From: Nitrospirota bacterium
Lineage (GTDB): Bacteria > Nitrospirota > UBA9217
Length of the DNA stretch: 64,000 nucleotides
Reading direction: 5' to 3'
Assembly (NCBI GenBank): GCA_963845065.1
Contig: CAWJQQ010000001.1
Span: 1 to 64,000, forward strand
The notes under the pieces are model-generated. The model saw only the letters and a program-made list of their open reading frames with translations. It did no database searches and was not told where the DNA came from. Shown piece after piece: positions 22,686-32,706 of this stretch (within the stretch, counting starts at the first letter, position 1; each line of letters opens with the position of its first letter). A program made the position numbers and the translations under genes.

Positions 22686-22867
22686 TGCACAATCTCCTTT
22701 CGCTGACTTGAAATTCCAACGGCGTGCCGCCGATGGTGATGCGAAGGGAAATTGTAAAACGATCATCTTTGCGAAGCAAGATGCCGGAGAGTGTATTTTT
22801 ATTGGAGATAAAAAGAAGGGATCGCAGATAAAATCAGTGGCGAGTGAAGAGCACCGCCGCGAAGCGG

Positions 22868-22972
22868 CTTAGTCCAATAGGTGATATGTGGAGCTTCACA
22901 TATCACCTACAAGGTTGCACCAGTACTGACTAAAATTCAATGCACAATAAAACTTGAAAATTACACATGAAC
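22868..22972 (+). repeat. Element-end hairpin containing the first CACCTAC core, followed by the ~60-bp module
   Basis: CTTAGTCCAA, then perfect 13-bp stem TAGGTGATATGTG/CACATATCACCTA (22878-22909), then CAAGGTTGCAC...CACATGAAC. Confidence 0.75.
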
Positions 22973-23054
22973 ACGAACCCCTAGAGTGCCAATCTTTATT
23001 TACTTTTTCAACAATGTCGGAATTCCATTATTGAAGTAAAAATAACCGTATTTA

Positions 23055-23303
23055 TTAATGACAAGAATGAGAGTCGCGAGTCCGCCAAATAACGGCACCC
23101 ATTGCCATTATCCTCTTCTTTGTTTTCGTATATTCTTTGATGGCTAAGATTGGATTGGTTATTATCGGTTTCTTTGTTCTTATTTGATAAAATATGGGAG
23201 CGAGAGCTAATAGGGCGAAACCAGCTAAGACACAAATAAGAGAAGGGAACAAGTGTGGGTTGATCATTAACCAGTCAAAGAACATTTTAAAGTCCCTTCT
23301 CAA
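23055..23303 (-). CDS. Small hypothetical membrane protein (possibly a fragment)
   Basis: ORF with a hydrophobic helix; no recognised family. Confidence 0.4.
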   Translation of the reverse strand: MRRDFKMFFDWLMINPHLFPSLICVLAGFALLALAPIFYQIRTKKPIITNPILAIKEYTKTKKRIMAMGAVIWRTRDSHSCH

Positions 23304-23431
23304 TGAACCGCTTAATTTTATTATGAAACGACTTTTTTTGATTTTAAATACAGATGCGAAATTACATTTAGATTGTGCCTACAATAAGAAGACTTGGCAA
23401 TCATAAATTTTTAATAAAATTACAATGTACC

Positions 23432-24025
23432 TCAAGCTCCAAGAGAACCTGTCTTGACTTTTCCAGTTCGTTTGTAATTGGCAATAATCACTCCGGTTGA
23501 TGTAACCGAACTCTCTATTAATATAAATGCTGCCGGAATCGTGCCATTGTCAAGCAACTTTTTTCCTTTACCAAGAGTCAATGGGTGAATTTTGAGCCAG
23601 AGTTCGTCCACTAGATCATTCTTAAGTAGCAGCTGAATAAGCTCACCACTGCCGTGAACTTGAATGTTAGAACCCTTAGAATTTTTGAGCTTTTTTATAT
23701 CTGCCAAGCTTTTAAGGAAAACTGAGTTTTTCCAATCTGACTTTTTCATGGTCTTGGACATGACGTATTTTGTGACATCATTGATACCTGGCCAACCATT
23801 TTCATGCTCTGGCCAGTAATCAGCAAAAATCTCAAATGTTTTTCTGCCCAAAAGAAGGTCTGCAGGTTTCATCTGTTTTTCCATGACCTTACCACCAACA
23901 TCGTCAAAATAAGGCGCAACCCAACCGCCATATTTGAAACCGCCCGATGTATCTTCCTCAGGTGCACCAGGTGCTTGCATTACTCCATCTAATGTAATAA
24001 ATGATAAAATAATTATTTTTCTCAT
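23432..24025 (-). CDS. Dihydrofolate reductase/RibD C-terminal family protein
   Basis: ITLDGVMQAPG, LLLGRKTF, VHGSGEL, LVDEL; AGGAGG RBS. Confidence 0.9.
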   Translation of the reverse strand: MRKIIILSFITLDGVMQAPGAPEEDTSGGFKYGGWVAPYFDDVGGKVMEKQMKPADLLLGRKTFEIFADYWPEHENGWPGINDVTKYVMSKTMKKSDWKNSVFLKSLADIKKLKNSKGSNIQVHGSGELIQLLLKNDLVDELWLKIHPLTLGKGKKLLDNGTIPAAFILIESSVTSTGVIIANYKRTGKVKTGSLGA

Positions 24026-24103
24026 GTCCCGCCTCCTTCGCTAAATAATTACGTCCTCAAAAGTTTTATTACGAAGAACAGAAACTCCACAAGTTTAGAA
24101 TTC

Positions 24104-24237
24104 AGAGTTGACTGATAACTTCATTTAGTATTCACCAATCGTCTCGCGAGCATTTCGCTCCCAAGTCCACCTACAATCCATGTAGTCCCAGCTAGGCCGG
24201 CAGATTGTGAATTACCAGTTGCAAGTTGCACTTGAAT
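24104..24237 (+). repeat. Intergenic repeat, 71-bp subfamily plus ~60-bp module
   Basis: 58/71 identical to 29326-29396 by manual alignment; CACCTAC at 24168. Confidence 0.8.
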
Positions 24238-24367
24238 GGCTCTGGGGTGCGAGGTTTTGATACCCTCTCGGCCGATTGGTTTAGAATTGTCATCGGGTTT
24301 TACTTTATTCTATCCGACCTACTGACTGATAGCGAGAATGCAGCCGCAGCAGGTACTCCCGTTTTTC

Positions 24368-24429
24368 TTAGGATGCCACGCGCCTGACGCGCCGCCTTTT
24401 GGCGCGTCGAAGTCGTAACGCTGGTTGTC
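24368..24429 (-). repeat. Degenerate attC-like hairpin
   Basis: GACGCGCC-N7-GGCGCGTC stem; minus-strand GACAAC inverse core; R' core degraded. Confidence 0.4.
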
Positions 24430-24538
24430 ATCATCGCATAACATATGAGCTGCTTTATCTTAGTTCAACAACATAAATGACAGCCGGCTTCCCTTTGTTA
24501 CTGAGCCCGAATATCACCTTGAAGCGGTTGATGGGAAG

Positions 24539-25027
24539 TTATAATTTTTTCAACCATACTGCAATTGCCCTTTTTTTTGACGCTGAAAAATCCTTATATA
24601 CTTGTCCGTGCAACCATCGAAGCGACTTATTTCTTAATTTGTCTCGCATCAGCTCCTCTGCTTCTTGTATAACCACCTTTATCAGGCAAGGACACTTATC
24701 AGTAAAAATACCGGGATCAGTGACGAATATGTTTTTTTTGCGTATCTCTGCACATCGAAAAAAATGAGAAGTGCCTTCAATTGCCTCTATGACATCCCAA
24801 AAGGAGATATCGTCTGCCTTTTTGGCTAACTCATACCCTCCCTTAACCCCGGCAATTGAGCGGACAATTCCCGCTTTTCTGAGCTTTGCAAATATCTTCG
24901 AGAGATACGTCTCTGTAATCCCGTGCAATTTGGCTATTTCCCTAATACCTATGGCTTTGTGTTCAGGTAGATCCACGAGGTAAAAAAGTGAATGAAACGC
25001 ATATTCAACTCCGACACTGAATTGCAT
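24539..25027 (-). CDS. Rrf2-family transcriptional regulator
   Basis: YLSKIFAKLRKAGIVRS.AGVKGGYELAK...ISFWDVIEAIEG. Confidence 0.9.
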   Translation of the reverse strand: MQFSVGVEYAFHSLFYLVDLPEHKAIGIREIAKLHGITETYLSKIFAKLRKAGIVRSIAGVKGGYELAKKADDISFWDVIEAIEGTSHFFRCAEIRKKNIFVTDPGIFTDKCPCLIKVVIQEAEELMRDKLRNKSLRWLHGQVYKDFSASKKRAIAVWLKKL

Positions 25028-25164
25028 TTTTATCTCCTTCCACGATTTTAAAAATTATTATAACTTCATTATGAAAGAAAATGTTGACTATTCTTTCAGG
25101 GTACTATATCGTACATCATGGATAGTTGATATCCATATTAACTTTATTTGGGAGGAACCAGAGT

Positions 25165-25536
25165 ATGTTCACGGACAAGTTTTTGGAGGTAATCGGTAAA
25201 GAAGGAGTGGTTTCGATAGTTTCATGCGCTGATAATGAGGCACACGTAGTAAATACCTGGAACAGCTACCTTGTAAGTCCAATTGACGGAAGGCTGTTAA
25301 TTCCTGCTTATGCCATGAGAAAGACAGAAAAAAAGGTACTTCAGAATGATAAAGTTTTACTTACCGTCGGAAGTAAAGAAGTAGCCGGGCATAGAGGCCT
25401 TGGTGCCGGCTTCCTGATTGAAGGAACAGCAAAATTCATATCTTCAGGCTCAGAATTTGACATGATGAAGAGTAAATTTTCCTTTTTAACGCGTGTTCTT
25501 CAAGTTACAGTAACTTCGATAAAACAAACCCTTTAA
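25165..25536 (+). CDS. Pyridoxamine 5'-phosphate oxidase-like FMN-binding protein
   Basis: HVVNTWNSY, GAGFLIEGTAKF; GGAGG RBS; divergent from Rrf2. Confidence 0.8.
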   Translation: MFTDKFLEVIGKEGVVSIVSCADNEAHVVNTWNSYLVSPIDGRLLIPAYAMRKTEKKVLQNDKVLLTVGSKEVAGHRGLGAGFLIEGTAKFISSGSEFDMMKSKFSFLTRVLQVTVTSIKQTL

Positions 25537-25740
25537 ATAATAAATGCGAACTGCCTCTGATACCACTCCCTAAGCACCCAAAGAAGTGCTCAGGGAGTGT
25601 CTCCTCCAATAAGCGTATCGTGAATTCACAGCCATGGCCTGCTGCTGTGTATAAAAATGCTTGAAAAATACGGATTGAAACATTTCATCGGCTGGACAAA
25701 AGGGCACAAGTCAAAGGCCTGGGCATGACATCGCCCAGCA

Positions 25741-25949
25741 GAATACAGTTTGTAAATTGAAGTTGTTGCAAAAAATGGAAAGTCGTTTGCTTCAGGATGG
25801 AGATGTCGATAGAAAACGTTATCACAAAATGCAATAATACAAATTGAATTCTACACCTTCGCTATTATTATATGAAACTCTACTTCACCTACAAGCTTGC
25901 AGTCGTGTTAACGAAACATCTATTCACAATACTAGATGATAATTGTAAC
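25741..25949 (+). repeat. Modular intergenic repeat, full copy (47+99+57 bp)
   Basis: GCTTC|AGGATG at 25794, ATCACAAAATGCAA..TGAATTCTACACCTTCGC, CACCTAC at 25886, ends TTGTAAC. Confidence 0.85.
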
Positions 25950-26002
25950 GTGCGGGTCACGCGCTGCTTGTAGGCGCGTCACGGTGGATCCACAGGTTAA
26001 AG
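25943..26002 (-). repeat. attC-like cassette recombination site
   Basis: Minus strand CTTTAAC...GATCCAC..CGCGC/GCGCG..GTGACC...GTTACAA; 60 bp, 35 bp downstream of the SRPBCC gene. Confidence 0.65.
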
Positions 26003-26036
26003 CCTCCTGATGCACTATCGCATCGAAGCTATTGGG

Positions 26037-26480
26037 TCAGAGTCCGTTGTTTAAAATGTCATTTGGAAAAGGCCGCCCTTTTCCTTTCTCGACAAACTCT
26101 CTTAAACTCAAAAGATAGAAAGCCCAATCAGTATTGCATTGCGCGTACATCTCGGCGTCTTCCCTCCAATTAGAATGACGAAGATGCAAATACGTTACAT
26201 CACCTTGACGAAATATCTTGAACTCAAGAATTGTTCCCGTCCAATCGGAAAGACCTTTTTCCGTTGCCCTCCACCGTACAAGCTTACCTGGTTTCAGGTC
26301 ACTGACGAGCATTTCTTGAGATAACCCTCCAAACCCAAATTCTAAAGATTTTCCCAAACTTGAAGTGCCTCGCACATCTTTCGTCCACCATTGTGCAATT
26401 TTATTGGGGTCAGTAATCGCCTCATAAAGTTTTTGCGGCGAAACATTGAAGAACAATTCATGCCATATTTCTCGGGACAT
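26037..26480 (-). CDS. SRPBCC/AHSA1-domain protein (cassette gene)
   Basis: PQKLYEAIT..IAQWWT, WAFYLLSLREFVEKGKGRPFP; preceded by GTTAGCC, followed by attC. Confidence 0.85.
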   Translation of the reverse strand: MSREIWHELFFNVSPQKLYEAITDPNKIAQWWTKDVRGTSSLGKSLEFGFGGLSQEMLVSDLKPGKLVRWRATEKGLSDWTGTILEFKIFRQGDVTYLHLRHSNWREDAEMYAQCNTDWAFYLLSLREFVEKGKGRPFPNDILNNGL

Positions 26481-26533
26481 TGTCGCTCCACAACTGTCGT
26501 TACGTTTGGCTAACATAGCTTTTAAATGAGATC

Positions 26534-26734
26534 TTATTTCAACCTATTAACGTGAACAGCTATATACATCGCTAGCATGCCTAATAAAAAGCCAGTTGAG
26601 AACAACTCAACTCTTTTTAACCGTGTCTCCCCGCCGACATGCCATGCGATGAAGTTTACAATCACGAGGGTGACAATAACACCAATTATATACAGACTCA
26701 ATGATTTTAATATAGCATACAATCTATTCAACAC
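26534..26734 (-). CDS. Small two-TM hypothetical protein
   Basis: Two hydrophobic helices. Confidence 0.45.
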   Translation of the reverse strand: MLNRLYAILKSLSLYIIGVIVTLVIVNFIAWHVGGETRLKRVELFSTGFLLGMLAMYIAVHVNRLK

Positions 26735-26837
26735 AAAGAGGGCATTAGCATTAACGAGAAAGAGACTTTAGCATTATAATCCCAAGATTTGGATGGATTT
26801 GATCAATTCAGAATGAAACATGAGATGTTGCAGAAAA

Positions 26838-26915
26838 CACCTACAGGATGTTGTCGAGATATCTTATTTTTACTGAAAATGCTTTGCATAATCCAATAAT
26901 TTATTAGACAACTAC
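26838..26915 (+). repeat. Hybrid repeat junction CACCTAC|AGGATG plus 71-bp module ending CAACTAC
   Basis: Both core motifs are fused directly. Confidence 0.6.
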
Positions 26916-26957
26916 GACAAATGCAATTCAGCCGGTTACAGTAGAAGATCTTTTATA

Positions 26958-27431
26958 TCAGAACGGGACTTTCCACATTCTAGCATCAAAAACAAAAGGG
27001 ATGGGGTCACTGATACGGATTTTATTAAAATTTCCGTGAGTAGGATTAATCAAATAATTCCAGCTTCTTGGTACCAGTACGGAAGGAACCCTTAAAACAG
27101 CAGTGGCAGCTTTCCTTACCCAGTTAGAGCCGATATCTTTTGTAGAATCTCGCGGTGGCTCTTTGGTCCAGTCGTCGGGGAGATCAGATGCTTTCAGTTT
27201 TTCAATTTGTACGCTGTCGGGAATCTCAATCTTAAAGTACGCAAATTTAATGTGAGAAGCGTCAAATCCCAGATGAACGAATTTCTCGAGTACAGACAGT
27301 GCTAGGGATTCGCTTATGTAAACGACTGGTATTCCCTCGTGATGCCAACGACCGCTTACACGGCGTGCTCCCTCGCCGGTGAATGCGTCCTTGGCATGTT
27401 TCTCCTTTTCCAAACGCCATGCTGTGATCAC
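26958..27431 (-). CDS. RES-domain toxin (MbcT/ParT-like)
   Basis: FTGEGARRVSGRW, YISESLALSVLE, LRVPSVLVP..NYLINP.H. Confidence 0.9.
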   Translation of the reverse strand: MITAWRLEKEKHAKDAFTGEGARRVSGRWHHEGIPVVYISESLALSVLEKFVHLGFDASHIKFAYFKIEIPDSVQIEKLKASDLPDDWTKEPPRDSTKDIGSNWVRKAATAVLRVPSVLVPRSWNYLINPTHGNFNKIRISDPIPFVFDARMWKVPF

Positions 27432-27868
27432 GAAACGACTCCATACTCAATACGCCAGAGAAGATTCTCAACCTCTTTTGCACCGGCCTCAGTGTGCAGC
27501 AGATCAAGAGGTGTTTTTCCGCCTAGACCGAACTGGGGACGCCGAATCCACTCCTTCGCCTTTTCCTCATCCTCTAAGACCTCACAAGCGATTGAAAATA
27601 TTCTGGCAAGCCTGTAGAGTCGGTCGCTGGCAATGGTAGGCAATCGTTGATTCGGTGACTTGCGGACACGTGCCAAGGTTCTTTCACTTACCTCGATAAT
27701 GCCGGCAAAAAGTGGCAGTGAGAGATTGAGTAAGCTTCTGACATGGTTGCCCGCTTTGTAGGGAAATCCTTCGCGGATCAATCTGTCCATATCCAAAGTA
27801 CTCTTTATTTTGCGTCCAAGAGATGTTTGACCACCAAGGACTGATGCGATCTTTTGTTCATTAATCAT
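27428..27868 (-). CDS. Xre/MbcA/ParS antitoxin
   Basis: SERTLAR HTH, SDRLYRLARI, LGGKTPLDLL.TEAGAKEV; overlaps the toxin start; GGAGG RBS. Confidence 0.9.
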   Translation of the reverse strand: MINEQKIASVLGGQTSLGRKIKSTLDMDRLIREGFPYKAGNHVRSLLNLSLPLFAGIIEVSERTLARVRKSPNQRLPTIASDRLYRLARIFSIACEVLEDEEKAKEWIRRPQFGLGGKTPLDLLHTEAGAKEVENLLWRIEYGVVS

Positions 27869-27957
27869 AATAATAACCTCCATGTCATATGGCATAACAT
27901 TATCAGACAATTGGCATGATGTCAATAAAAATGGATTGATTTTGGGCGGGTAAATAT

Positions 27958-28019
27958 TAACAATTTCGGAATGAAGTGTTGGTTGTTGCTAAGAATGGAA
28001 AGTCCAATGCTACAGGATG
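27958..28019 (+). repeat. Modular intergenic repeat, partial copy (46-bp module)
   Basis: TAACAATTTC|..GTTGTTGCTAAGAATGGAAAGTC..GCTAC|AGGATG. Confidence 0.7.
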
Positions 28020-28083
28020 GTCATCGCATTATCATAAATAAACCAAAGATCGCGCAATACATATAGAAGCTTGTGAGGCATTA

Positions 28084-28536
28084 CTACTCCAATTCAAACC
28101 ATGCGGCCAGCACTGAGTGTTTCTGGTTTTTGTCCCAGTATGGCGGATGCAAGCCCAACACGTAATCGCAGTATGCATAGATGTCTGTGCCCTTTGGAAG
28201 GTCAAGACGAGACGCCACATAATTCGCTGACACATAAGGCGACACAGGTATGTTCCGATGGTGAGCCAGTAAATAGAGTATGCCTAAGGGGAAGCAAGAA
28301 GTGAACAGCTGGCTCTTTTTCGGCGCGAGCGTTAATCGGTATGCTATGCGATCAGGAATGTGTTGATTCAAGAGCTGGATGAACTGTTTCTCGTACCAAT
28401 CCATCAATTCGGCAATCTTCGATGGATCGGTGGTAAGAAGTCTATCTTTCGCGAGCAATGTCGGTGCGGCTTTGGTCCCTTCAAGCACGGTGTATCTGAG
28501 CTGTCCGGTGGCAATATGTAGTCCAAGTACTTTCAT
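28084..28536 (-). CDS. Hypothetical protein with probable RNase H/RuvC-like fold
   Basis: MKVLGLHIATGQLRYTVLEG resembles a resolvase beta1-beta2 start; GGAGG RBS. Confidence 0.5.
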   Translation of the reverse strand: MKVLGLHIATGQLRYTVLEGTKAAPTLLAKDRLLTTDPSKIAELMDWYEKQFIQLLNQHIPDRIAYRLTLAPKKSQLFTSCFPLGILYLLAHHRNIPVSPYVSANYVASRLDLPKGTDIYAYCDYVLGLHPPYWDKNQKHSVLAAWFELE

Positions 28537-28555
28537 TTAGTCCTCCTCACATCAT

Positions 28556-28624
28556 CACCTACAGTCTTGCAATGACAGTTGACGAACAGGAGGTGCAGGA
28601 TATGTATTGAACATGCGCATGAAT
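28556..28624 (+). repeat. ~60-bp repeat module
   Basis: CACCTACAGTCTTGCA...GAGGTGCAG...TTGAA..GCATGAAT. Confidence 0.7.
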
Positions 28625-28800
28625 ATTAATCAGCGTCGCAGTAGCGTCTGCTTGCTTGTTTATTTAGATTTTATATTTAAAAGTCTGTCTTTTTATTCGC
28701 TTGGGACAATACTATCATCTCTTTTGGTAGAACGAAAATAATCTCCGAGGAGAAAAAAGGAAGGGTCGAGTATTGGGTTGGTATAAGATCATTTCCATTT

Positions 28801-29106
28801 TTATTTTATATGTGCTTTTGCAGTTTGGAGTGCAATATCTTTATCCTTTGTAAACAGCCCCCACTTCATTTCTGATGAATGAATACCTGCTTTTTTGTCT
28901 TGACCTCTACAATAATACCAGTGTCCAAAGCGTTCGACCGTAGAAAAGGGATGATTTTCTGTACAGAGAAGCCCACACGGTTTAAATTCTTCGAAATAAA
29001 TAGTTTCATCTGGGACTTCATCATAAGACATCTCTTTAGGTAATACGATTTGAGATACATTTGCGTTCTCTGCTTCCTTTTCATCGAGCCAGTCTGATAT
29101 TTTCAT
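28801..29106 (-). CDS. Hypothetical protein
   Basis: 101-aa ORF with AAGGAG RBS. Confidence 0.65.
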   Translation of the reverse strand: MKISDWLDEKEAENANVSQIVLPKEMSYDEVPDETIYFEEFKPCGLLCTENHPFSTVERFGHWYYCRGQDKKAGIHSSEMKWGLFTKDKDIALQTAKAHIK

Positions 29107-29325
29107 TTGATTTCTATCTCCTTCAGAAATCTGAGCAGTTATTGATTATGAACTTAATACTGATATTTTATTGTGTCATTGAAAGCATTTAATGTAAATA
29201 GAACAAAAGTGGTAGTTTTTAACAATTGCAGAATTTGTTAAAAAACAAACAAATAAGAGAAAACTGGATGATTGAGCATAATCCGTAACTTTATGCTGAA
29301 TGCATAAGTCCGGTTTTCTGAATGG

Positions 29326-29457
29326 AGAGTTGATCAAAAACTTCATATGGTATTCGTCAATCGTCACATGAGCATTGCGCTCTCAAGTCCACCTACAAAG
29401 TTGCAACGCGTTGACTAAATTTCAATGCAGATTCCTACTTGAAAAATGCACATGAAC
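29326..29457 (+). repeat. Intergenic repeat, 71-bp subfamily plus ~60-bp module
   Basis: Left part matches 24104-24174; right part matches 22911-22972 (TGACTAAA.TTCAATGCA..ACTTGAAAA..CACATGAAC). Confidence 0.8.
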
Positions 29458-29477
29458 TTTGACTTGAGCGGCATTCG

Positions 29478-29915
29478 TCAGGCACCAGTAGACGTCTGTC
29501 GTAACTGCTGATACACGCCAAGACGATCAGTGATCTGCCAATGCCCAGTGAGTTGGCTACCATCGAAGAAGTAAACCGTAGCCCCAGACATCTTGATTTG
29601 TTTACCTGTAGCGGGAAATCCAGGAATGTCCCCCTTGTGTGTGGCTGACCAGAGCCAAGTCATAACAACAGCGTCACCGTCGGCAAAAAGTCCCTGTATG
29701 TCAAAGCACTGATCAGGAAACGCGGCACGCAATGTTTTGACACGCTCCTTGTAGCCCGCGAGGTCAAGCTCCTGACCTTCCCATGGATCACCAGGATCGT
29801 GATGAATTGTGTATCTCGATGCGATATATTTATCTGAGGCATCGATATTGCCTTCGCTCCATACCTCACGGGTAAATTAAGTGAGTATCTCTTTGGCATT
29901 GCTGCTAATAGACAT
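29478..29915 (-). pseudogene. SnoaL-like ester cyclase with premature TAA at 29877-29879
   Basis: FTREVWSEGN...LRAAFPD...WSATHKGDIPGFPATGK in one frame, with a stop at codon 13. Confidence 0.8.
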
Positions 29916-30118
29916 CTGCGATGCTCCTTACATAAGTAAAATATCGGGGGCACGCGATTTTGACGCCCAACCAGTTATTGAGCAGCCCCCCTCGATAACA
30001 TCGAATTTGCAATGTTGTTAAGTTTAGAAATAAACATACCGCTCACTGTATTTTGGAAAAATGAATGCTGATGTGTTTTCAAAGATATGCAACTGCGCTG
30101 GTTTCAGGGCGTCAATAT

Positions 30119-30394
30119 TCATTTCTTTACTCTTGAAAGCCTATAGGTGACAAAACCATCCGGGCAGGTGACGTCAACGTAATCAAGTTTCTCCCAATCC
30201 ATCTTTTCTGACCACCGCATAGCAAATGCCATCGGATGAATAGCAGCGAATGCACGACCACACATCCCCGTGGGTTCCGGCGTTCTTGCTGTCAAAATAT
30301 AAGTTTCTCCTGTCCTGCATTTAGCCGAGCCTGGGCATATTCCGGATTCATTGCTAATTTTCACAGCTTCACACTGAATCGTAAAATATTCCAT
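30119..30394 (-). CDS. Small Cys-rich protein (TIGR04076-like)
   Basis: GICP..KC..GETY, GMCGRAFAAIHP, VTCPDG; GGAGG RBS. Confidence 0.65.
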   Translation of the reverse strand: MEYFTIQCEAVKISNESGICPGSAKCRTGETYILTARTPEPTGMCGRAFAAIHPMAFAMRWSEKMDWEKLDYVDVTCPDGFVTYRLSRVKK

Positions 30395-30553
30395 TTGCTC
30401 ACCTCCAATATTTATTCTCTGGAATTGACATCCCGTCCGAGTACTATACACTCTCGTTCACTTGATCTCTGTTGCGCAATACTGGAAGAAAAGCGAGACG
30501 CATACTTCAACCACGGTTTTGCACATTCTCCGAAAAAATATTTATCTCAAGAC

Positions 30554-30610
30554 CACCTACAAGTCTGCACTACCAATAATGTGACAAGGGCAAAGAATAC
30601 TGCATGTAAC
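30554..30610 (+). repeat. Shorter variant of the CACCTAC module
   Basis: CTCAAGACCACCTACAAGTCTGCA...TGTAAC. Confidence 0.6.
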
Positions 30611-30656
30611 TTACACTATCAGAAACGACAGAGCTACCCGTTTCTTCCATCACAAA

Positions 30657-30935
30657 TCATTTGCTCCTTATTTTATTCCGCACTCGGCCCGTAAGTCTAT
30701 TGGTAGCCGATATAGAGAGATAACCTGTTGTCTCCCGAGAGGTCACTCCCTCCGGAGAAAAGAAGGTGGTGTTCTCTTCGCTCACATTGAAGATGCCGCC
30801 AACGTTGTAACCTACCCGATCGCGCCCAACGGCGGTATCCTTGCCGAAATAGAATATCTCCGCACCTAAAGTGATTGCCTTGGTAATGTCACGCTGTATA
30901 AGCCAGCCTAATTGCCAAAAGTTCGATGGTTGCAC
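30657..30935 (-). pseudogene. C-terminal fragment of a beta-barrel-like protein
   Basis: Amphipathic strands (ITLGAEIFY, GYNVGGIFN); no proper start; frameshifted. Confidence 0.45.
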
Positions 30936-30965
30936 ATGCTCGTCAGAATCTCATACGGCACAGCT

Positions 30966-31717
30966 TCACAGCAATCCCCACGCCATCTTGGCTGCTATGG
31001 CGTAAAGCACGATGCCGATGACCTTCTTCACCTGCCCGGCATCGAGCTTCTTGTGCATGAGCCATGAGCCCACGACTGCGCCTGCCACTGATCCGATTGT
31101 CGCAAATGTCAGCAGGTGCCAGTTGATGCTTCCCATAACAGCGTGGCCGAAGAAGCCCGAGAGCGAGGAAAATACGACGATAAAGGCCGTGGTAGCCGAC
31201 GCCTTCTTGGGATCCACACCGAGCCAGACGAGGGCTGGGACAATGAAGTTGCCTCCCCCGACTCCGAGAAGACCACCGAGATACCCGGCCCCTACACCTA
31301 AACCAATGCCCGTCGTGAGTTCTCTCCCGCCATCCCCTGTCCTCCCGTTTTCTTTTTTGGCTTATAAAAAAGCATCATCGATGCCGCAAAAACGAGGAAC
31401 AGCACGAAGAGAAGAATAAGCACGTTCTTCGGGAAGTACCTTGTCGAGTACGCACCCAGAGGTGAAAATACAACGGCAAGCACGATGATTGGTATGGCTG
31501 TCCTGAACATGACAAGTTTGTAGCGGATATAATTGGCCGAGGCGAAGGCCATGCTGATGGCGTTCAACAGCAGGCCGATGGCCATGGCCTCAGTGAGCGG
31601 TACGCCGAGCCAGTAGAAGGTTGGAATTACGATGAATGCCGAACCCACGCCAGCGATGGTGAGAACGGTTGTGAATACAAAGACGAGGACGGCCGCTACT
31701 GCATTGACGGTAAGCAT
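30966..31717 (-). pseudogene. Sulfite exporter TauE/SafE-family protein, homopolymer frameshift at ~31355
   Basis: Two hydrophobic halves; GYLGGLLGVGGGNF in the second frame. Confidence 0.85.
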
Positions 31718-31880
31718 ATAGGGTCTCCTTTCTTACCATTCCGTACCCGCTCGCAAGCCGATTTTTAATAAAACAAGGGCCGCAGGGAAAAAGAGGACTT
31801 AACGGTCTGTAAACTTCTTCGTTCCCTGCGCCCCCCTGTCGTAAATTCAGCATATCGCGAGACGAGTGCGGCAGGCGTCC

Positions 31881-32489
31881 CTATTTCCCGGACTCCGAGC
31901 AGGGGATGCAGACCAGCTGTCCGTCCGGAGCAGTTTTTAATTTGTCGGTGAAGACCGCCTCTCCGCATGTCGCGCAGCGTTTGACATCGAAGTTCGGAGT
32001 TCCTTTCTTTAGATCCTTGTGGAATACATTGCTGATATTCAGGAAATCGGCTTCGGAAAGCCCCCGTACCCGATCAACGAGAGGGTCCGTAATTGATGCG
32101 GGAATATTCTGAGGCGGCACGCCCTTTTTCCTCTCCTGCACAAAAGGCGAATTGAGAGCTTTTTCGAAGAATTCTGGCTTCAAAGAGACCCGAACCGCTT
32201 TTCCGGACTTCGCTTCGATAAGCGTGAAGGCCATTTTATTGTAATAGAGCTTCTGGATGTTCGACTTGCCGTAGGTACATCCTGTAGCAGTCATGATCCC
32301 GTCCAGGAAACATCCGGCAGCATGCCCTTTGCCTGTCTCCGCTTCGACGAAAAGTTCCTTGTCCTGTGATCTTTCTACACCGAGCGCCTTCATGGCCGCG
32401 AGACCAGCTCTCAGGCCCATCGGCATAGCAGGGCACTTGTGTCCATGAAACTTCATAGCAGTGTCAAAATATTCGTTAAATTCCTTCAT
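31881..32489 (-). CDS. FmdE-family protein with C-terminal Zn finger
   Basis: [31 protein letters not shown]...CIPC. Confidence 0.85.
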   Translation of the reverse strand: MKEFNEYFDTAMKFHGHKCPAMPMGLRAGLAAMKALGVERSQDKELFVEAETGKGHAAGCFLDGIMTATGCTYGKSNIQKLYYNKMAFTLIEAKSGKAVRVSLKPEFFEKALNSPFVQERKKGVPPQNIPASITDPLVDRVRGLSEADFLNISNVFHKDLKKGTPNFDVKRCATCGEAVFTDKLKTAPDGQLVCIPCSESGK

Positions 32490-32706
32490 GGCAGACCTCC
32501 ATTGTGATTAGTTGGGTTTACGTCGAACATTGATTCCCGTAATCTCAACCGAGCTACCAGCCATTCCACCAGCAACGACAAATGACGGAAAAGCGTTTTT
32601 TGATCCTCACTTTTCGTTGTCTCATAATCAAGTCCTCAAAAGTTTACGATGCCGATATAGGGCCCGGCGAGTGTCAACAATGCACCGCTGGACCTCCTCG
32701 CCTTCG

